DNA of 55,656 bases from Sulfurospirillum sp. (GCA_024762235.1 JANTHT010000002.1:1-55656), one strand, 5' to 3'. Positions 38,156 through 48,916 are shown, counted from the first letter of the stretch. Translations and numbers: made by a program. The notes: a model not told the origin generated them from the letters alone.

Positions 38156-38707
38156 ATGAATAAATTACATGCCGTCTGTCTCACCGGCTTGTTGTCACTC
38201 GGGCTGTCCGCACATGCCGGAGATCAACAGGAGAGTTACATTGACCGCGTAGGGGTAGGTGTGGGCATACAGGATGTACCGAACAACGATAAATTCGATA
38301 CCGGTACCGCGCTGATTCTCAATGCCGGAAAAGATATCTACAGCGATATGAGTGTCGAGATCGAAGGTGCGGTGGGTCTGACGAAGCCGGAAGCGAAATT
38401 TAACGGTAAAAAACACGATGTCGATTTCTGGTCGCTGGGCCTCTATGGAACCTATATCTGGAAAATCAACAAACTGAGCATCAAACCCCGTATCGGTATC
38501 GTCTATGAGAGTATCAAGTCGACACTCAGCATCTATACCAACGATGAAGCCAATATGGAGGGCAATGTGAGGAAAAAAGATCTCGCTCTCAGCGGCGGTA
38601 TCGGTGCCGCATACGATATAGGCGAAAACTACAAAATCTATACCAACTATACCAAATATGAAGATGATATCGATCAGCTCACATTTGGAGCCGAATACAA
38701 ATTTTAA
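38156..38707 (+). CDS. Small outer-membrane beta-barrel protein
   Basis: Signal peptide MNKLHAVCLTGLLSLGLSAHA, amphipathic strands and a C-terminal FGAEYKF. The start is an internal ATG after AAGGAG; the track TTG at 38117 lies inside the promoter. Confidence 0.6.
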   Translation: MNKLHAVCLTGLLSLGLSAHAGDQQESYIDRVGVGVGIQDVPNNDKFDTGTALILNAGKDIYSDMSVEIEGAVGLTKPEAKFNGKKHDVDFWSLGLYGTYIWKINKLSIKPRIGIVYESIKSTLSIYTNDEANMEGNVRKKDLALSGGIGAAYDIGENYKIYTNYTKYEDDIDQLTFGAEYKF

Positions 38708-38720
38708 TAGAAGTCTCTGA

Positions 38721-38738
38721 TTGCGGGAAAACCCGCAA
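38721..38738. terminator. 7-bp stem / AAAA-loop hairpin between convergent OMP and galU genes
   Basis: TTGCGGG-AAAA-CCCGCAA occupies most of the 32-nt gap. There is no U-tract on either side. Confidence 0.45.
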
Positions 38739-38739
38739 C

Positions 38740-39576
38740 TCAGTTCTCCTGATTGTAACTTACATTATAGAGATAATTGGTCGCTTCGACAAAACCCTCT
38801 ACACTACCGCAGTCAAACCTTTTTCCCTCGAACTTACAGGCAAGTACCATACCGCTCTGCGCCAGATGCATCAGGGCATCCGTGATCTGTATCTCACCGT
38901 TTTTGCCGGGTTTGGTCGACTTGATCATCTCGAATATCTCAGGGGTCAGAATATAACGGCCGATGATGGCGAGATTGGAAGGTGCTTCAGAAGGCTCCGG
39001 TTTCTCCACCATGTTTGAAACCATAAAAACCCCCTCTTCGATCTCTTTCCCGTCTATCACACCATATTTGTAAGTCTCTTCCGCAGGTACCTCCATGATC
39101 GCGACAATCGAACACTTATATTTCTTGTAGAGTGCGATCATCTGCGCAAGCACCCCGTGCCCGTTTTCATTGATGCAAAGATCGTCGGCAAGTACCACTG
39201 CAAAAGGCTCATGGCCGATCAGCACCTTACCTTTCAAAATCGCGTCACCGAGCCCTTTCATCTCAATCTGTCGCGTATAGGTGAAGGTACATTTGGAGAT
39301 CAGCGCACGGATCTCGTCGAGCAGATGCTCTTTGGAACTCCCCTTAATCTGATGTTCGAGCTCGTAGGAGATATCGAAATGATCTTCGATCGCACGCTTT
39401 CCGCGTCCCGTGATGATCGCCATCGTATCTATGCCGGCTTCCACAGCCTCTTCCACACCATACTGTATCAATGGTTTGGTCAAAATCGGCAGCATCTCCT
39501 TGGGCATCGCCTTGGTGACAGGTAAAAACCGCGTGCCGTATCCGGCAGCGGGAAAGAGACATTTGGTAATATTCAT
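38740..39576 (-). CDS. galU: UTP--glucose-1-phosphate uridylyltransferase
   Basis: Blocks FPAAGYGTRFLPVTKAMPKEMLP and VEKP. Confidence 0.9.
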   Translation of the reverse strand: MNITKCLFPAAGYGTRFLPVTKAMPKEMLPILTKPLIQYGVEEAVEAGIDTMAIITGRGKRAIEDHFDISYELEHQIKGSSKEHLLDEIRALISKCTFTYTRQIEMKGLGDAILKGKVLIGHEPFAVVLADDLCINENGHGVLAQMIALYKKYKCSIVAIMEVPAEETYKYGVIDGKEIEEGVFMVSNMVEKPEPSEAPSNLAIIGRYILTPEIFEMIKSTKPGKNGEIQITDALMHLAQSGMVLACKFEGKRFDCGSVEGFVEATNYLYNVSYNQEN

Positions 39577-39620
39577 ATTTTTCCTTTCATATTTTGATAT
39601 ATTGTTTTTATATAGATCCG

Positions 39621-40877
39621 CTAACTCTGGAACTTCTCCTGCAGAATCCGTTTACCGAGCTCCACACCCGGCTGATCGTAGGTATTGATATCCAGAAAAT
39701 GGCCGCAGAGAGATGTCAGAAGCTCATAATACATGATCAGATATCCGACATTGTATGCATCCAGCCGGCCCACCTCGATTCTGTCCACACTGATACCCTG
39801 CTGTATGATACTCTCCATCGTCGCATCACACTGCGCTTTGAGCAACTCCCCGAAGGTGTGGCCGTTGATATAATCGGTTTTTTCGAGATTTGGCAGAGAG
39901 ATTTCGGGAATAACGACCTCTTTTTCAAAATCGTCCACCTTGATCATCGTCACCGTCTTGTCCCGGGGTCCTTCGATGAGCAGCTGTAAAAAGGAGTGCT
40001 GATCGATCGATCCGATGATGCCTACCGGTGTCATGCCCACATGCGCACCTGTCCTATCGATCTTGCCCAGTGACTCACCCCAGAGCTGTACATACCAGGC
40101 GTTGAAATCCCTGAAAAAGCTGCCATAGGAGAAGAGCACATTGATAGGTATCTCCCGGCTGTGCGTCGCATAGTAGTGCGCTTTTTGCACCAGCATATCC
40201 TCCTGTCGGTCGAAAAAGGAGTCTTTGAGCATCTTCGCTCCGGCGAGCAGCGCTGCGGTATCGTACCCGAGCAGTGTCAGCGGCAACAGCCCCACTGCCG
40301 AGAGGACCGAGAAGCGCCCGCCTACATTGTGCGGAATATGAAAAACCGGCACACCGCTCTCTTTTCCCAGCTTATCCAGAGGCGATCCTGCATCGGTGAT
40401 AAAAGCGAAACGGCTTGCGAACTTTTCACTTCCGACAGGTGCATCAAAATGGTCGATCAGCAGTTTCATGTGCGATGTCGTCTCGATCGTCGAACCGGAC
40501 TTGGAGACTGTAATGAAAAAGCACTCTTCGAAAACAAGCCCCTCAAGATTTTCCGCGATCTCGACAGGATCTACATTTTCGAAGAAAAGAAGTCTGCGAC
40601 TGTTTCTTTCAGGTGTATGCTTCAGCAGTGTTTCGACCGCTTTGGTACCCAGGGAGGAACCGCCGATGCCGTTTACAACGATGTTCCTGATCCCTTTCCC
40701 TTCGAAGTCGAAAGCCTCTGTAAAAGCTTCGATCTGCATCAGCATATCCGATTCCGGCAATCTGTAATACCCCACTCTGCCGCTTTGCATCTCCTCTTCG
40801 AGTGCATCATAGGCACCCTTTAGAAGTTGCGCATCGCTCTCTGTCTCAAAATAAAGCTCTCTCTTGATCATCCACAC
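39621..40877 (-). CDS. pgi: Glucose-6-phosphate isomerase (short bacterial type)
   Basis: Blocks GIGGSSLG, SKSGSTIET and DQHSFLQLL. The start could also be ATG 40871. Confidence 0.9.
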   Translation of the reverse strand: MWMIKRELYFETESDAQLLKGAYDALEEEMQSGRVGYYRLPESDMLMQIEAFTEAFDFEGKGIRNIVVNGIGGSSLGTKAVETLLKHTPERNSRRLLFFENVDPVEIAENLEGLVFEECFFITVSKSGSTIETTSHMKLLIDHFDAPVGSEKFASRFAFITDAGSPLDKLGKESGVPVFHIPHNVGGRFSVLSAVGLLPLTLLGYDTAALLAGAKMLKDSFFDRQEDMLVQKAHYYATHSREIPINVLFSYGSFFRDFNAWYVQLWGESLGKIDRTGAHVGMTPVGIIGSIDQHSFLQLLIEGPRDKTVTMIKVDDFEKEVVIPEISLPNLEKTDYINGHTFGELLKAQCDATMESIIQQGISVDRIEVGRLDAYNVGYLIMYYELLTSLCGHFLDINTYDQPGVELGKRILQEKFQS

Positions 40878-40881
40878 TCCT

Positions 40882-41976
40882 TTAAAATCTTGCTATCAAC
40901 TCTGAAAAGACACGATAGAGCCCTTCCACCTCATCTTCACCCGTACGTTCGTTCGGTGCATGTATCGTATCGTTGACAACGCCGAACTCGACGGTGTCGA
41001 TCCCATAGGCACCGAAAAAGCGTGCATCGCTCGTCCCTCCGGCCGTTGAAAGTTTCGCTTCCCGGCCCGTCACATCTTTGATGCTCGCAAGCATATCCTG
41101 TACCACTTTGGACTTCCGGTTCGTCACAAAAGGCTTTGCCGACTCGCTGAGTACAAGGGTATAGTCCATCTCCTGAAAATATTTGTGCACGAACGCTTCG
41201 ACATCCTCTTTGGAGGTTTTGGTAGAGTTTCGGACATTGAACATCATCTTCAGTCTCCCCGGTGTGACATTCGTCACTTCCATACCTGCGCGGATGTCGG
41301 TGATCACGAACTGGCTCGGCGCGAAATTTTCATCCCCCTCATCCAGAAAAGCCCCCGCCATATGCGGCAGTACCTGAGCCACTTTGTGGATCGGATTGAT
41401 CGCTTTTTCAGGATAGGCGGCATGCCCCTGTTTACCGATCTTTTCGATCACACCGTTGATCGAACCCCTGCGGCCGATCTTGATCGCGTCACCGAAAACC
41501 TCTTCACATGTCGGCTCCGCCACGACGACATAATCGGGCAGAAAATCGATCGATTCGAGTTTTCTGATCATCTCGATCGTTCCATGCCTGGCATCCCCCT
41601 CTTCGTCACTTGTCAAAAGCACCGAAAGTGTGCCGCCGAACCTCCCCGCATCTTTGCATGCTTTCAGAAACGCCGCCACACCGCTCTTCATGTCCTGTGC
41701 ACCGCGGGCATAGATCTTACCCTCTTTGTGCACGGGATCGAACGGGTCACTCTCCCAGCCTTCACCGGGAGGTACGACATCGATATGCCCCGCAAAGCAG
41801 AGGTGCGGCCCCTCGGAAAACTTTTGGTAGAGAAAGAGGTTTTTCACGCCCTCATTTTCCATAAAGATTGTCTCGAAACCATCCAGATACCCTTCGATAA
41901 AATCGAAAGCGCCGTCATCTTCCGGGGTTATCGATCTGTAGCGCAGCAGTTTGTCGAAGAGTGCAATCAACTCCAT
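40882..41976 (-). CDS. dapE: Succinyl-diaminopimelate desuccinylase (M20 peptidase)
   Basis: Blocks GHIDVVPPG, RGAQDMKSG and SDEEG, plus a dimerisation insert. 364 aa. Confidence 0.85.
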   Translation of the reverse strand: MELIALFDKLLRYRSITPEDDGAFDFIEGYLDGFETIFMENEGVKNLFLYQKFSEGPHLCFAGHIDVVPPGEGWESDPFDPVHKEGKIYARGAQDMKSGVAAFLKACKDAGRFGGTLSVLLTSDEEGDARHGTIEMIRKLESIDFLPDYVVVAEPTCEEVFGDAIKIGRRGSINGVIEKIGKQGHAAYPEKAINPIHKVAQVLPHMAGAFLDEGDENFAPSQFVITDIRAGMEVTNVTPGRLKMMFNVRNSTKTSKEDVEAFVHKYFQEMDYTLVLSESAKPFVTNRKSKVVQDMLASIKDVTGREAKLSTAGGTSDARFFGAYGIDTVEFGVVNDTIHAPNERTGEDEVEGLYRVFSELIARF

Positions 41977-41985
41977 ACCATCAGC

Positions 41986-42333
41986 CTATTGATGCGGATT
42001 TTCATAAAATACGTAACTCGTGGAGTAGTCACTGATCTCGAAATAGACGCGCTTCTCCCCTTTGTCCACTTTGCCGTTGAGATTTTCATCCATCACACCA
42101 TAGCCGAATCGGTAGGGCCTGTCGGTATCGCCGTCGGTACTTGTTGCCGTCGTCAGCTTGTCGATCTTGAGGAATCTTCGCACCAGTTTTTCCCCCGCAT
42201 AGACTTCCAGGACACCGTTGGTTCCCGTCCAGTTCTGTATCGCACGGCCCAGTTTGTTTTGTGTCTCCTGCGTACACCCCGAGATCAGAAGCATCCCTGC
42301 CGCAACAGCGGTCAACATCAATCTTTTATGCAT
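41986..42333 (-). CDS. Small lipoprotein of unknown function
   Basis: 115 aa with lipobox MLLISGCTQ. No motif I recognise. Confidence 0.55.
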   Translation of the reverse strand: MHKRLMLTAVAAGMLLISGCTQETQNKLGRAIQNWTGTNGVLEVYAGEKLVRRFLKIDKLTTATSTDGDTDRPYRFGYGVMDENLNGKVDKGEKRVYFEISDYSTSYVFYENPHQ

Positions 42334-42468
42334 GCTTTCTCCTTTAGATTTGGATATTGAAGCTATTTTAACATAAAAAAAGTGCTATTTCATCACAGTG
42401 ATGCCCTCATTTTCACCAAAAGCTTCAAACTTTATCACCCGGTTCCCTGACTTACGGTACAATGCGGT

Positions 42469-43608
42469 ATGAAAACTGAAAAGGCAGATCTCACTTTTCT
42501 TCAATCAGGGCACTCCTTCACATTGAAATGTGAGGGAGACTGGCGCATCTCTACGGTCGCACCGATGGAGAAATCACTCAAAAAAGCGCTCCCCCGGATG
42601 CTTCTCGCCACCGAAGTGATCTGGGATTTTTCCGATGCGGGCCTTTTCGATTCGGCCGGCATGACGCTGATCATCGCATTTGAAGAGCGACTCGACAAGG
42701 CGGGCGTCAAAGTGACACGCACCGGCATGCACCCCGAACACCAAAAGATCTACCGACTTCTGCGCGAAAACATTGCCCCGCTCCCTGCCGAAGAGAAGCG
42801 TACCGACAGGCTCCTTCGCGCCATCGAAAACCTGGGTAAAAACAGCATCGCGATCTTTAGGGATTTCCTCGACTTTTTCGCCTTTCTGGGAGAAGCGACG
42901 GTCCAGCTCTTCTACTACATGCGTCACCCCTCCTCCATCCGATACAAAGCGATCATCAAATATATCCATACCTCAGCCATCGATGCACTGGGCATCATCG
43001 CCCTCACTGCTTTCCTGATCGGTGTCGTCATCGCCTACCAGAGTGCGGTACAGTTGCAGAAGTTCGGCGCAAGCATCTTCATCGTCGACATGATCGGCAT
43101 CTCGATCACCCGTGAACTGGCCCCGCTCATCACCGCTATCGTCGTCGCAGGACGCAGCGGTTCTTCCTATACTGCACAGCTGGGTGTCATGAAGCTGACC
43201 GAAGAGATCGACGCGATGCGTACGATGGGATTCGAACCCTACCGCTTTCTGGTACTTCCACGCATCATCGCCCTCATGATCGCCATGCCGCTGCTGATCT
43301 TTTTTGCCGATGTCGTCGGTATCTTCGGCGGTATGGTTGTCGCGAACGCACAGTTGAACATCTCCTTCGACTCTTTCATCGAACATCTTCAGGGTGCACT
43401 GGCGATCAAACACTTCTGGGTGGGGCTTTTCAAAGGGCCCTTTTTCGCCTGGCTGATCGCGGCTATAGGATGTTTCAGAGGGCTCCAGGTCTCCAGAGAT
43501 ACCGAGAGTATCGGTGAACAGACGACACTGAGCGTGGTCAACGCGATCTTTCTTGTCATCGCCTGTGACGCACTCTTTTCGGTCATCCTGACGGAGCTCG
43601 AGATATGA
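42469..43608 (+). CDS. MlaE-family ABC permease with N-terminal STAS-like domain
   Basis: The N-terminal ~100 aa look STAS-like (WDFSDAGLFDSAGMTLI). The rest is an MlaE permease core (RELAPLITAIVVAGRSGSSYTAQLGVMK..EEIDAMR). Confidence 0.85.
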   Translation: MKTEKADLTFLQSGHSFTLKCEGDWRISTVAPMEKSLKKALPRMLLATEVIWDFSDAGLFDSAGMTLIIAFEERLDKAGVKVTRTGMHPEHQKIYRLLRENIAPLPAEEKRTDRLLRAIENLGKNSIAIFRDFLDFFAFLGEATVQLFYYMRHPSSIRYKAIIKYIHTSAIDALGIIALTAFLIGVVIAYQSAVQLQKFGASIFIVDMIGISITRELAPLITAIVVAGRSGSSYTAQLGVMKLTEEIDAMRTMGFEPYRFLVLPRIIALMIAMPLLIFFADVVGIFGGMVVANAQLNISFDSFIEHLQGALAIKHFWVGLFKGPFFAWLIAAIGCFRGLQVSRDTESIGEQTTLSVVNAIFLVIACDALFSVILTELEI

Positions 43609-44369
43609 AAAATGTGATCGAAGTGAGAGATGTCGTCACCCGGTTCGGCAACAACATCGTGCATGACCATATCAGCTTCGATATCTGTGAAGGGGAGATA
43701 TTCGGCCTGCTGGGAGGCAGCGGATCGGGCAAGTCGACGATACTCAAGGAGATTGTCATGCTACTGCGGCCAAACAGCGGGCAAATCCGGGTACTTGGCA
43801 AGGATCTCGGCAGCCTCTCACTCGAAGAGGCCCATCTTCTGCGTACCCGATGGGGTATGCTCTTTCAGTCGGGCGCACTCTTTTCTCCGCTCACTGTCGC
43901 TGAAAATATCGGTGTCGCACTGCGTGAGTACACTGATCTCGAAGAGGACCTCATCGAGGATCTCATTCGTCTCAAGATTGACCTGGTCGGACTCCCCCGC
44001 TTCGCTGCATCGCTCTACCCCTCCGAACTGAGCGGCGGTATGAAAAAACGGGCGGCACTGGCACGTGCGCTGGCGATGGATCCCAGTCTGCTTTTTCTCG
44101 ATGAGCCGACTTCCGGACTCGACCCGGTCGGTGCACAGGAGTTCGATGAACTGATCGTCAAATTAAGGGATCTGCTCGGATTGACGATCGTCATGATAAC
44201 GCACGATCTGGACAGTATCTTTACGATCGTCGACCGTATGATTGTACTGGCGGATAAAAAAATTGTCGCAAAAGGGAGACTCGACGAAGTACTTGCCGCT
44301 TCACACCCCTTCGTCGACGCCTTTTTCCGAGGCGTGCGCGCACGTCAACGTATCAGAAGTGCTTCATGA
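43605..44369 (+). CDS. ABC transporter ATP-binding protein (MlaF-like)
   Basis: Walker A GGSGSGKST, signature LSGGMKKR and Walker B LLFLDEPTSGLD. ATGA overlap with the permease. Confidence 0.9.
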   Translation: MKNVIEVRDVVTRFGNNIVHDHISFDICEGEIFGLLGGSGSGKSTILKEIVMLLRPNSGQIRVLGKDLGSLSLEEAHLLRTRWGMLFQSGALFSPLTVAENIGVALREYTDLEEDLIEDLIRLKIDLVGLPRFAASLYPSELSGGMKKRAALARALAMDPSLLFLDEPTSGLDPVGAQEFDELIVKLRDLLGLTIVMITHDLDSIFTIVDRMIVLADKKIVAKGRLDEVLAASHPFVDAFFRGVRARQRIRSAS

Positions 44370-44378
44370 GGAGTCATT

Positions 44379-45305
44379 ATGGAAGGTAGGGTTCACTATC
44401 TCGTCGTCGGTATCTTTGTCGCCGCCTTTATCGCAGGTATCATGGTATTTGCATTCTGGCTTATGAAATACGGCACCTACAAGCAGATGCAGAGTTATGT
44501 CGTCTATTTCGACGAATCGGTCGCCGGTCTCAACAAAGATGCCGCTGTCAAATACATGGGAGTCGATGTCGGAACGGTCGAGACGATCGAGGTCGATACC
44601 TCCAGCAGCAAACCTGTAGCGGTCTATCTTAAAATAGACCATGAGGTCAAAATCAAAACCGATGCAGTTGCGACACTGAAGTTTTACGGCATGACAGGAC
44701 TCGCATATGTGGAGATCACCGGTCACGACCCGAATGCACCGCTTCTCAGAGCTGAAAACGGCGTGATTCCCGTCATCGCATCCGCCCCCTCTTTCTATGC
44801 ACAACTCGACCAGGCACTCGCCACGATCGCGGAAGAGTTCGGCAAAACGAGTGAAAGGATCGAGCGACTCCTGAGCGATCAGAATCTGCGCCATCTCACA
44901 AATACATTGACCCATATCGAGGCGTTCAGCGGTGCACTCGACACACACAAAAGCGACATCACTGCACTGCTGCAGAAAGCGACGTCGCTTGAAGAGAGAG
45001 CCACCCGCACACTCTTGGCAATAGACCGGGCCACCGCTGCCTTCGGGCCCGGCCTCGGAACCGAAGCCAAAAAGGCACTCCGAGAGATCAGAAGTGTTGC
45101 CCGGCATCTGGACAAGACGCTTACCCGTGGAGATTACAATCTCCGAACACTGAGTACGCCCACACTGGAAAAGCTGAACCGGTTAATCGAAAAACTGACC
45201 CTGTTGAGTGACCAGACCGGGCAGACCCTCCGTCAGATAGAACAGAGCCCGTCAGACCTCCTCTTTAAAAGAGGCGGTGTCAGACCGGGACCGGGAGAAG
45301 AATAA
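44379..45305 (+). CDS. MCE/MlaD-family substrate-binding protein
   Basis: N-terminal TM helix LVVGIFVAAFIAGIMVFAFWL, MCE domain VKYMGVDVGTVETIEV and a long helical C-terminal part. Confidence 0.8.
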   Translation: MEGRVHYLVVGIFVAAFIAGIMVFAFWLMKYGTYKQMQSYVVYFDESVAGLNKDAAVKYMGVDVGTVETIEVDTSSSKPVAVYLKIDHEVKIKTDAVATLKFYGMTGLAYVEITGHDPNAPLLRAENGVIPVIASAPSFYAQLDQALATIAEEFGKTSERIERLLSDQNLRHLTNTLTHIEAFSGALDTHKSDITALLQKATSLEERATRTLLAIDRATAAFGPGLGTEAKKALREIRSVARHLDKTLTRGDYNLRTLSTPTLEKLNRLIEKLTLLSDQTGQTLRQIEQSPSDLLFKRGGVRPGPGEE

Positions 45306-45925
45306 TGCAAAACATATCTGTCTACTACACGATCGTTTCACTGCTGTCGCTGCTACTTGGGGGCTGTGCTGTCAAAACGACCCCTCCGATCGACCACTAT
45401 ACACTACAGATGCCTCCGGCCCCGGTATCTTCCCCGACCGGCAACTTCCGTACGATGACGCTGAAGATAAAGCGTCCCGAAAGCATACGACAGATCCGCT
45501 CCACGCGGATACACTATGCCTTCAGCCCGCTGGAGCGGGAATCCTATGCCTACAGCCGCTGGAGCGATACGCCGAACGCGCTCATCGCTGCATATCTGCG
45601 CACTTTACTGCTGCAGAGCCCACTTTTCAACGCTGTCGTCAGTGACAGCTCTTCTGCCAGAAGCGATCTTACGCTCGAGAGTCAGATCGAAGCCTTTTAT
45701 CAACGCTTCGAAAGTGGGACAAAAGCGTATGCGATTTTGCAAATGCACTTTATCCTGATAGATACGGAGACAAAAAAAGTGATTGCAAAAAGAGGCTTCA
45801 CCGAGAAAGTCCCCTCCCCGACACCTGATGCAGGCGGCGCTGCAAAAGCCTTCAGCGAAGCGGTGAAGCTGATGGGAAAAGAGCTCGAAGGATGGCTCTC
45901 GGAGAGAGCGACGAAGGGGCGCTGA
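45305..45925 (+). CDS. ABC-type transport auxiliary lipoprotein (DUF330/PqiC-like)
   Basis: Lipobox LLLGGCAV, about 200 aa. 1-nt overlap (TAATG) with the MCE gene, which is the usual context for this family. Confidence 0.65.
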   Translation: MQNISVYYTIVSLLSLLLGGCAVKTTPPIDHYTLQMPPAPVSSPTGNFRTMTLKIKRPESIRQIRSTRIHYAFSPLERESYAYSRWSDTPNALIAAYLRTLLLQSPLFNAVVSDSSSARSDLTLESQIEAFYQRFESGTKAYAILQMHFILIDTETKKVIAKRGFTEKVPSPTPDAGGAAKAFSEAVKLMGKELEGWLSERATKGR

Positions 45926-46034
45926 AGCGCGCTGTTTTGGCGATTAAGAGCTCTATCAGAGGAATTTCTATAGAATATCTGAAAAACAGAGTGTCAATCG
46001 GAACCCGACTGACTACTCATCAAAGGGCATTTTT

Positions 46035-46964
46035 ATGAGAGGCTACAAAGTCTTTTCCGGCACAGCAAACCCCGAATTTTCCAAAGCAGTTGCGAAATAT
46101 CTATCCATTCCGCTCTCTGAAGCAACCATCAACCGATTCAGCGACGGAGAGATCAGTGTACAGATCAGCGAAAGCGTTCGCGGACGCGATGTATTTATCA
46201 TCCAATCCACCTGTGCACCGGCCAACGCCAACCTGATGGAACTGCTCATCATGACCGATGCGCTGCGCAGAAGCTCCGCCAACTCCATCACCGCGATCGT
46301 CCCCTACTTCGGGTACGCCAGACAGGATCGTAAAGCGGCGCCCAGAGTCCCCATCACCGCCAAACTCGTCGCCAACCTCTTCGAGACGGCAGGCATCGAC
46401 CGTGTCGTCACCGTGGATCTCCATGCGGGACAGATCCAGGGTTTTTTCGACATCCCCGTCGACAACCTCTACGGATCGATCGTCTTCAAAGAGTACCTGC
46501 AGCGTAAAAATCTCCCCAATCCCATCATCGCCAGTCCCGATATCGGAGGCGTCGCCAGAGCGCGAAACTTCGCGAGACAGTTTGGTCTGGAGATCGTCAT
46601 CGTCGACAAACGCCGTGAAAAAGCGAACGAAAGCGAAGTGATGAACATCATCGGAAATGTCGAAGGCAAAGATGTCATCCTCATCGACGACATGATCGAC
46701 ACGGCCGGCACCATCGTCAAAGCCGCCTCGGCTCTCAAGAACAACGGCGCATCGTCGGTTATGGCCTTCTGCACCCATCCCGTTCTCAGCGGCCCGGCGT
46801 ATGACCGCATCGAAAAAGGGGAACTCGACGAACTGGTCGTCACCGATACGATCCCTCTCTCCCAGGAGTGCAGCAAGATCACCGTCCTCTCCGTCGCGCA
46901 CCTCTTCAGTGAAGTGATCCGCCGTATCTACCACAACGAAAGCGTCAACGGACTCTTTGTCTGA
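46035..46964 (+). CDS. prs: Ribose-phosphate pyrophosphokinase
   Basis: Blocks [26 protein letters not shown] and the PRPP loop [12 protein letters not shown]. Confidence 0.95.
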   Translation: MRGYKVFSGTANPEFSKAVAKYLSIPLSEATINRFSDGEISVQISESVRGRDVFIIQSTCAPANANLMELLIMTDALRRSSANSITAIVPYFGYARQDRKAAPRVPITAKLVANLFETAGIDRVVTVDLHAGQIQGFFDIPVDNLYGSIVFKEYLQRKNLPNPIIASPDIGGVARARNFARQFGLEIVIVDKRREKANESEVMNIIGNVEGKDVILIDDMIDTAGTIVKAASALKNNGASSVMAFCTHPVLSGPAYDRIEKGELDELVVTDTIPLSQECSKITVLSVAHLFSEVIRRIYHNESVNGLFV

Positions 46965-48757
46965 TGCAGGATAAAATACGCAACTTCTCCATCATCGCCC
47001 ACATCGACCACGGTAAAAGTACACTTGCCGACCGGCTCATACAGGAGTGCGGCGCGGTCACAGACCGACAGATGAGTGCCCAGATGATGGATACGATGGA
47101 TATCGAAAAAGAGCGCGGCATCACGATCAAAGCGCAGAGTGTCCGGCTTCAGTACGAAAAAGATGGAGAAATCTACACCCTCAACCTGATCGACACACCG
47201 GGCCATGTCGACTTCTCCTACGAAGTGAGCCGCTCGCTCGCTTCGAGCGAAGGTGCGCTGCTGGTCGTCGACGCTTCGCAGGGTGTCGAAGCACAGACGA
47301 TCGCCAATGTCTATATTGCGCTGGAAAACGACCTGGAGCTGATTCCCGTCATCAACAAGATCGACCTTCCCGCCGCCGAACCCGACCGTGTCAAAGAGGA
47401 GATCGAACAGACCATCGGTCTCGACTGCACCGACGCCATAGAGACCAGTGCAAAAACCGGTCAGGGCATCAAAGAGCTGCTCGACGCGATCGTCGATCGT
47501 ATCCCTGCGCCTTCCGGGGATGAGAAGGCTCCCACAAAAGCGCTCATTTACGACAGCTGGTTCGACAACTATCTCGGTGCGCTTGCACTGGTGCGTGTCT
47601 ATGACGGAGAGATCCGTAAGGGACAGGAAGTACTGGTCATGGGAACCAAAAACCGTCATGAAGTTCTTTCCCTCACCTATCCGCATCCCCTCAAACCGGT
47701 CAAAACCGATGCGATCAAAACGGGTGAGATCGGCATCGTCTCGCTGGGTCTGAAAAATGTCGGGGATCTACGTGTCGGTGACACCATCACCGATGCCAAA
47801 AATCCCACCCCGGAACCGATTGGCGGTTTCGAGGAAGCGAAACCTTTTGTCTTTGCCGGTCTCTATCCGATCGAAACGGACAAGTTCGAAGATCTGCGGG
47901 ACGCACTCGACAAACTGCGCCTCAACGACGCCTCCATCTCCTACGAACCCGAAACTTCCGTCGCACTCGGCTTCGGCTTCCGCGTCGGTTTTCTGGGCAT
48001 GCTGCACATGGAAGTGGTCAAGGAGCGTCTCGAGCGGGAATTCGGACTCGACCTGATCGCCACGGCACCGACCGTCATCTACAAAGTGATCAAAAACGAC
48101 GGCACCGAAGTGGAGATCCATAACCCAAGCGAACTGCCGCCCGTCAACGAGATCGACAAGATTCTCGAACCCTATGTCAAGGCGACGATTCTGACCCCTT
48201 CGGAGTACCTGGGCAACGTCATCACGCTGGTCAACGACAAACGGGGTATTCAGGAGAAGATGGACTACATCACACCCGAACGCGTTCTGCTGGAGTATGC
48301 GATCCCGATGAACGAGATCGTCATGGATTTCTACGACAAACTCAAATCCACCACCAAAGGGTACGCCAGTTTCGACTACGAACCGATCGGCTACCGCGAG
48401 GGAGACCTCGTCAAACTCGATATCCGCGTCGCAGGTGAAGTGGTCGATGCCCTCTCGATCATCGTCCCCAAATCCAAAGCGCTCACCAAAGGGCGGGAAT
48501 TTGTCAAACAGATGAAAGAGCTGGTTCCCAGACAACTCTTCGAAGTGGCGATCCAGGCGAGTATCGGTAACAAGATCATCTCCCGCGAAACGGTCAAGTC
48601 TATGGGTAAAAACGTCACCGCCAAATGTTACGGCGGTGATATCACCCGTAAACGTAAACTGCTCGAGAAACAGAAAGCGGGTAAAAAGCGTATGAAGTCG
48701 ATCGGCAAAGTGCAGCTCCCGCAGGAAGCCTTTCTCACGGTGCTCAAGATCGACTGA
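46964..48757 (+). CDS. lepA: Elongation factor 4
   Basis: Blocks [28 protein letters not shown] and NKID. LepA-specific C-terminal end [25 protein letters not shown]. Confidence 0.95.
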   Translation: MQDKIRNFSIIAHIDHGKSTLADRLIQECGAVTDRQMSAQMMDTMDIEKERGITIKAQSVRLQYEKDGEIYTLNLIDTPGHVDFSYEVSRSLASSEGALLVVDASQGVEAQTIANVYIALENDLELIPVINKIDLPAAEPDRVKEEIEQTIGLDCTDAIETSAKTGQGIKELLDAIVDRIPAPSGDEKAPTKALIYDSWFDNYLGALALVRVYDGEIRKGQEVLVMGTKNRHEVLSLTYPHPLKPVKTDAIKTGEIGIVSLGLKNVGDLRVGDTITDAKNPTPEPIGGFEEAKPFVFAGLYPIETDKFEDLRDALDKLRLNDASISYEPETSVALGFGFRVGFLGMLHMEVVKERLEREFGLDLIATAPTVIYKVIKNDGTEVEIHNPSELPPVNEIDKILEPYVKATILTPSEYLGNVITLVNDKRGIQEKMDYITPERVLLEYAIPMNEIVMDFYDKLKSTTKGYASFDYEPIGYREGDLVKLDIRVAGEVVDALSIIVPKSKALTKGREFVKQMKELVPRQLFEVAIQASIGNKIISRETVKSMGKNVTAKCYGGDITRKRKLLEKQKAGKKRMKSIGKVQLPQEAFLTVLKID

Positions 48758-48774
48758 CACTTCCCAAAAATCCA

Positions 48775-48802
48775 GCACGCAGCATATAAAAATGCTGCGT
48801 GC
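48775..48802 (+). terminator. Perfect 11-bp stem hairpin after lepA
   Basis: GCACGCAGCAT-ATAAAA-ATGCTGCGTGC lies 18 nt after the stop. No U-tract follows. Confidence 0.45.
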
Positions 48803-48907
48803 CGCAACGCCGGGTGACTACCAAACGAAACAGACAATCTCTAAAAGTGCGTTCGAAACACGTTTCTATTAAAGTTTTTACCTTTTAAACTTAATTTGAC
48901 TTTTTTA

Positions 48908-48916
48908 TGTTATACT
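48908..48916 (+). promoter_or_regulatory. Extended -10 element TGtTATACT
   Basis: aTGtTATACTctt sits in an AT-rich spacer. AGGA is at 48938 and a TTG start candidate at 48950. Confidence 0.4.

Noticed and set aside
48851-48859. GTTCGAAAC in the lepA downstream spacer resembles a tRNA T-loop.
   Set aside because: I could not build an acceptor stem, D-arm or anticodon arm around it. It is part of a small palindrome GAAACACGTTTC.
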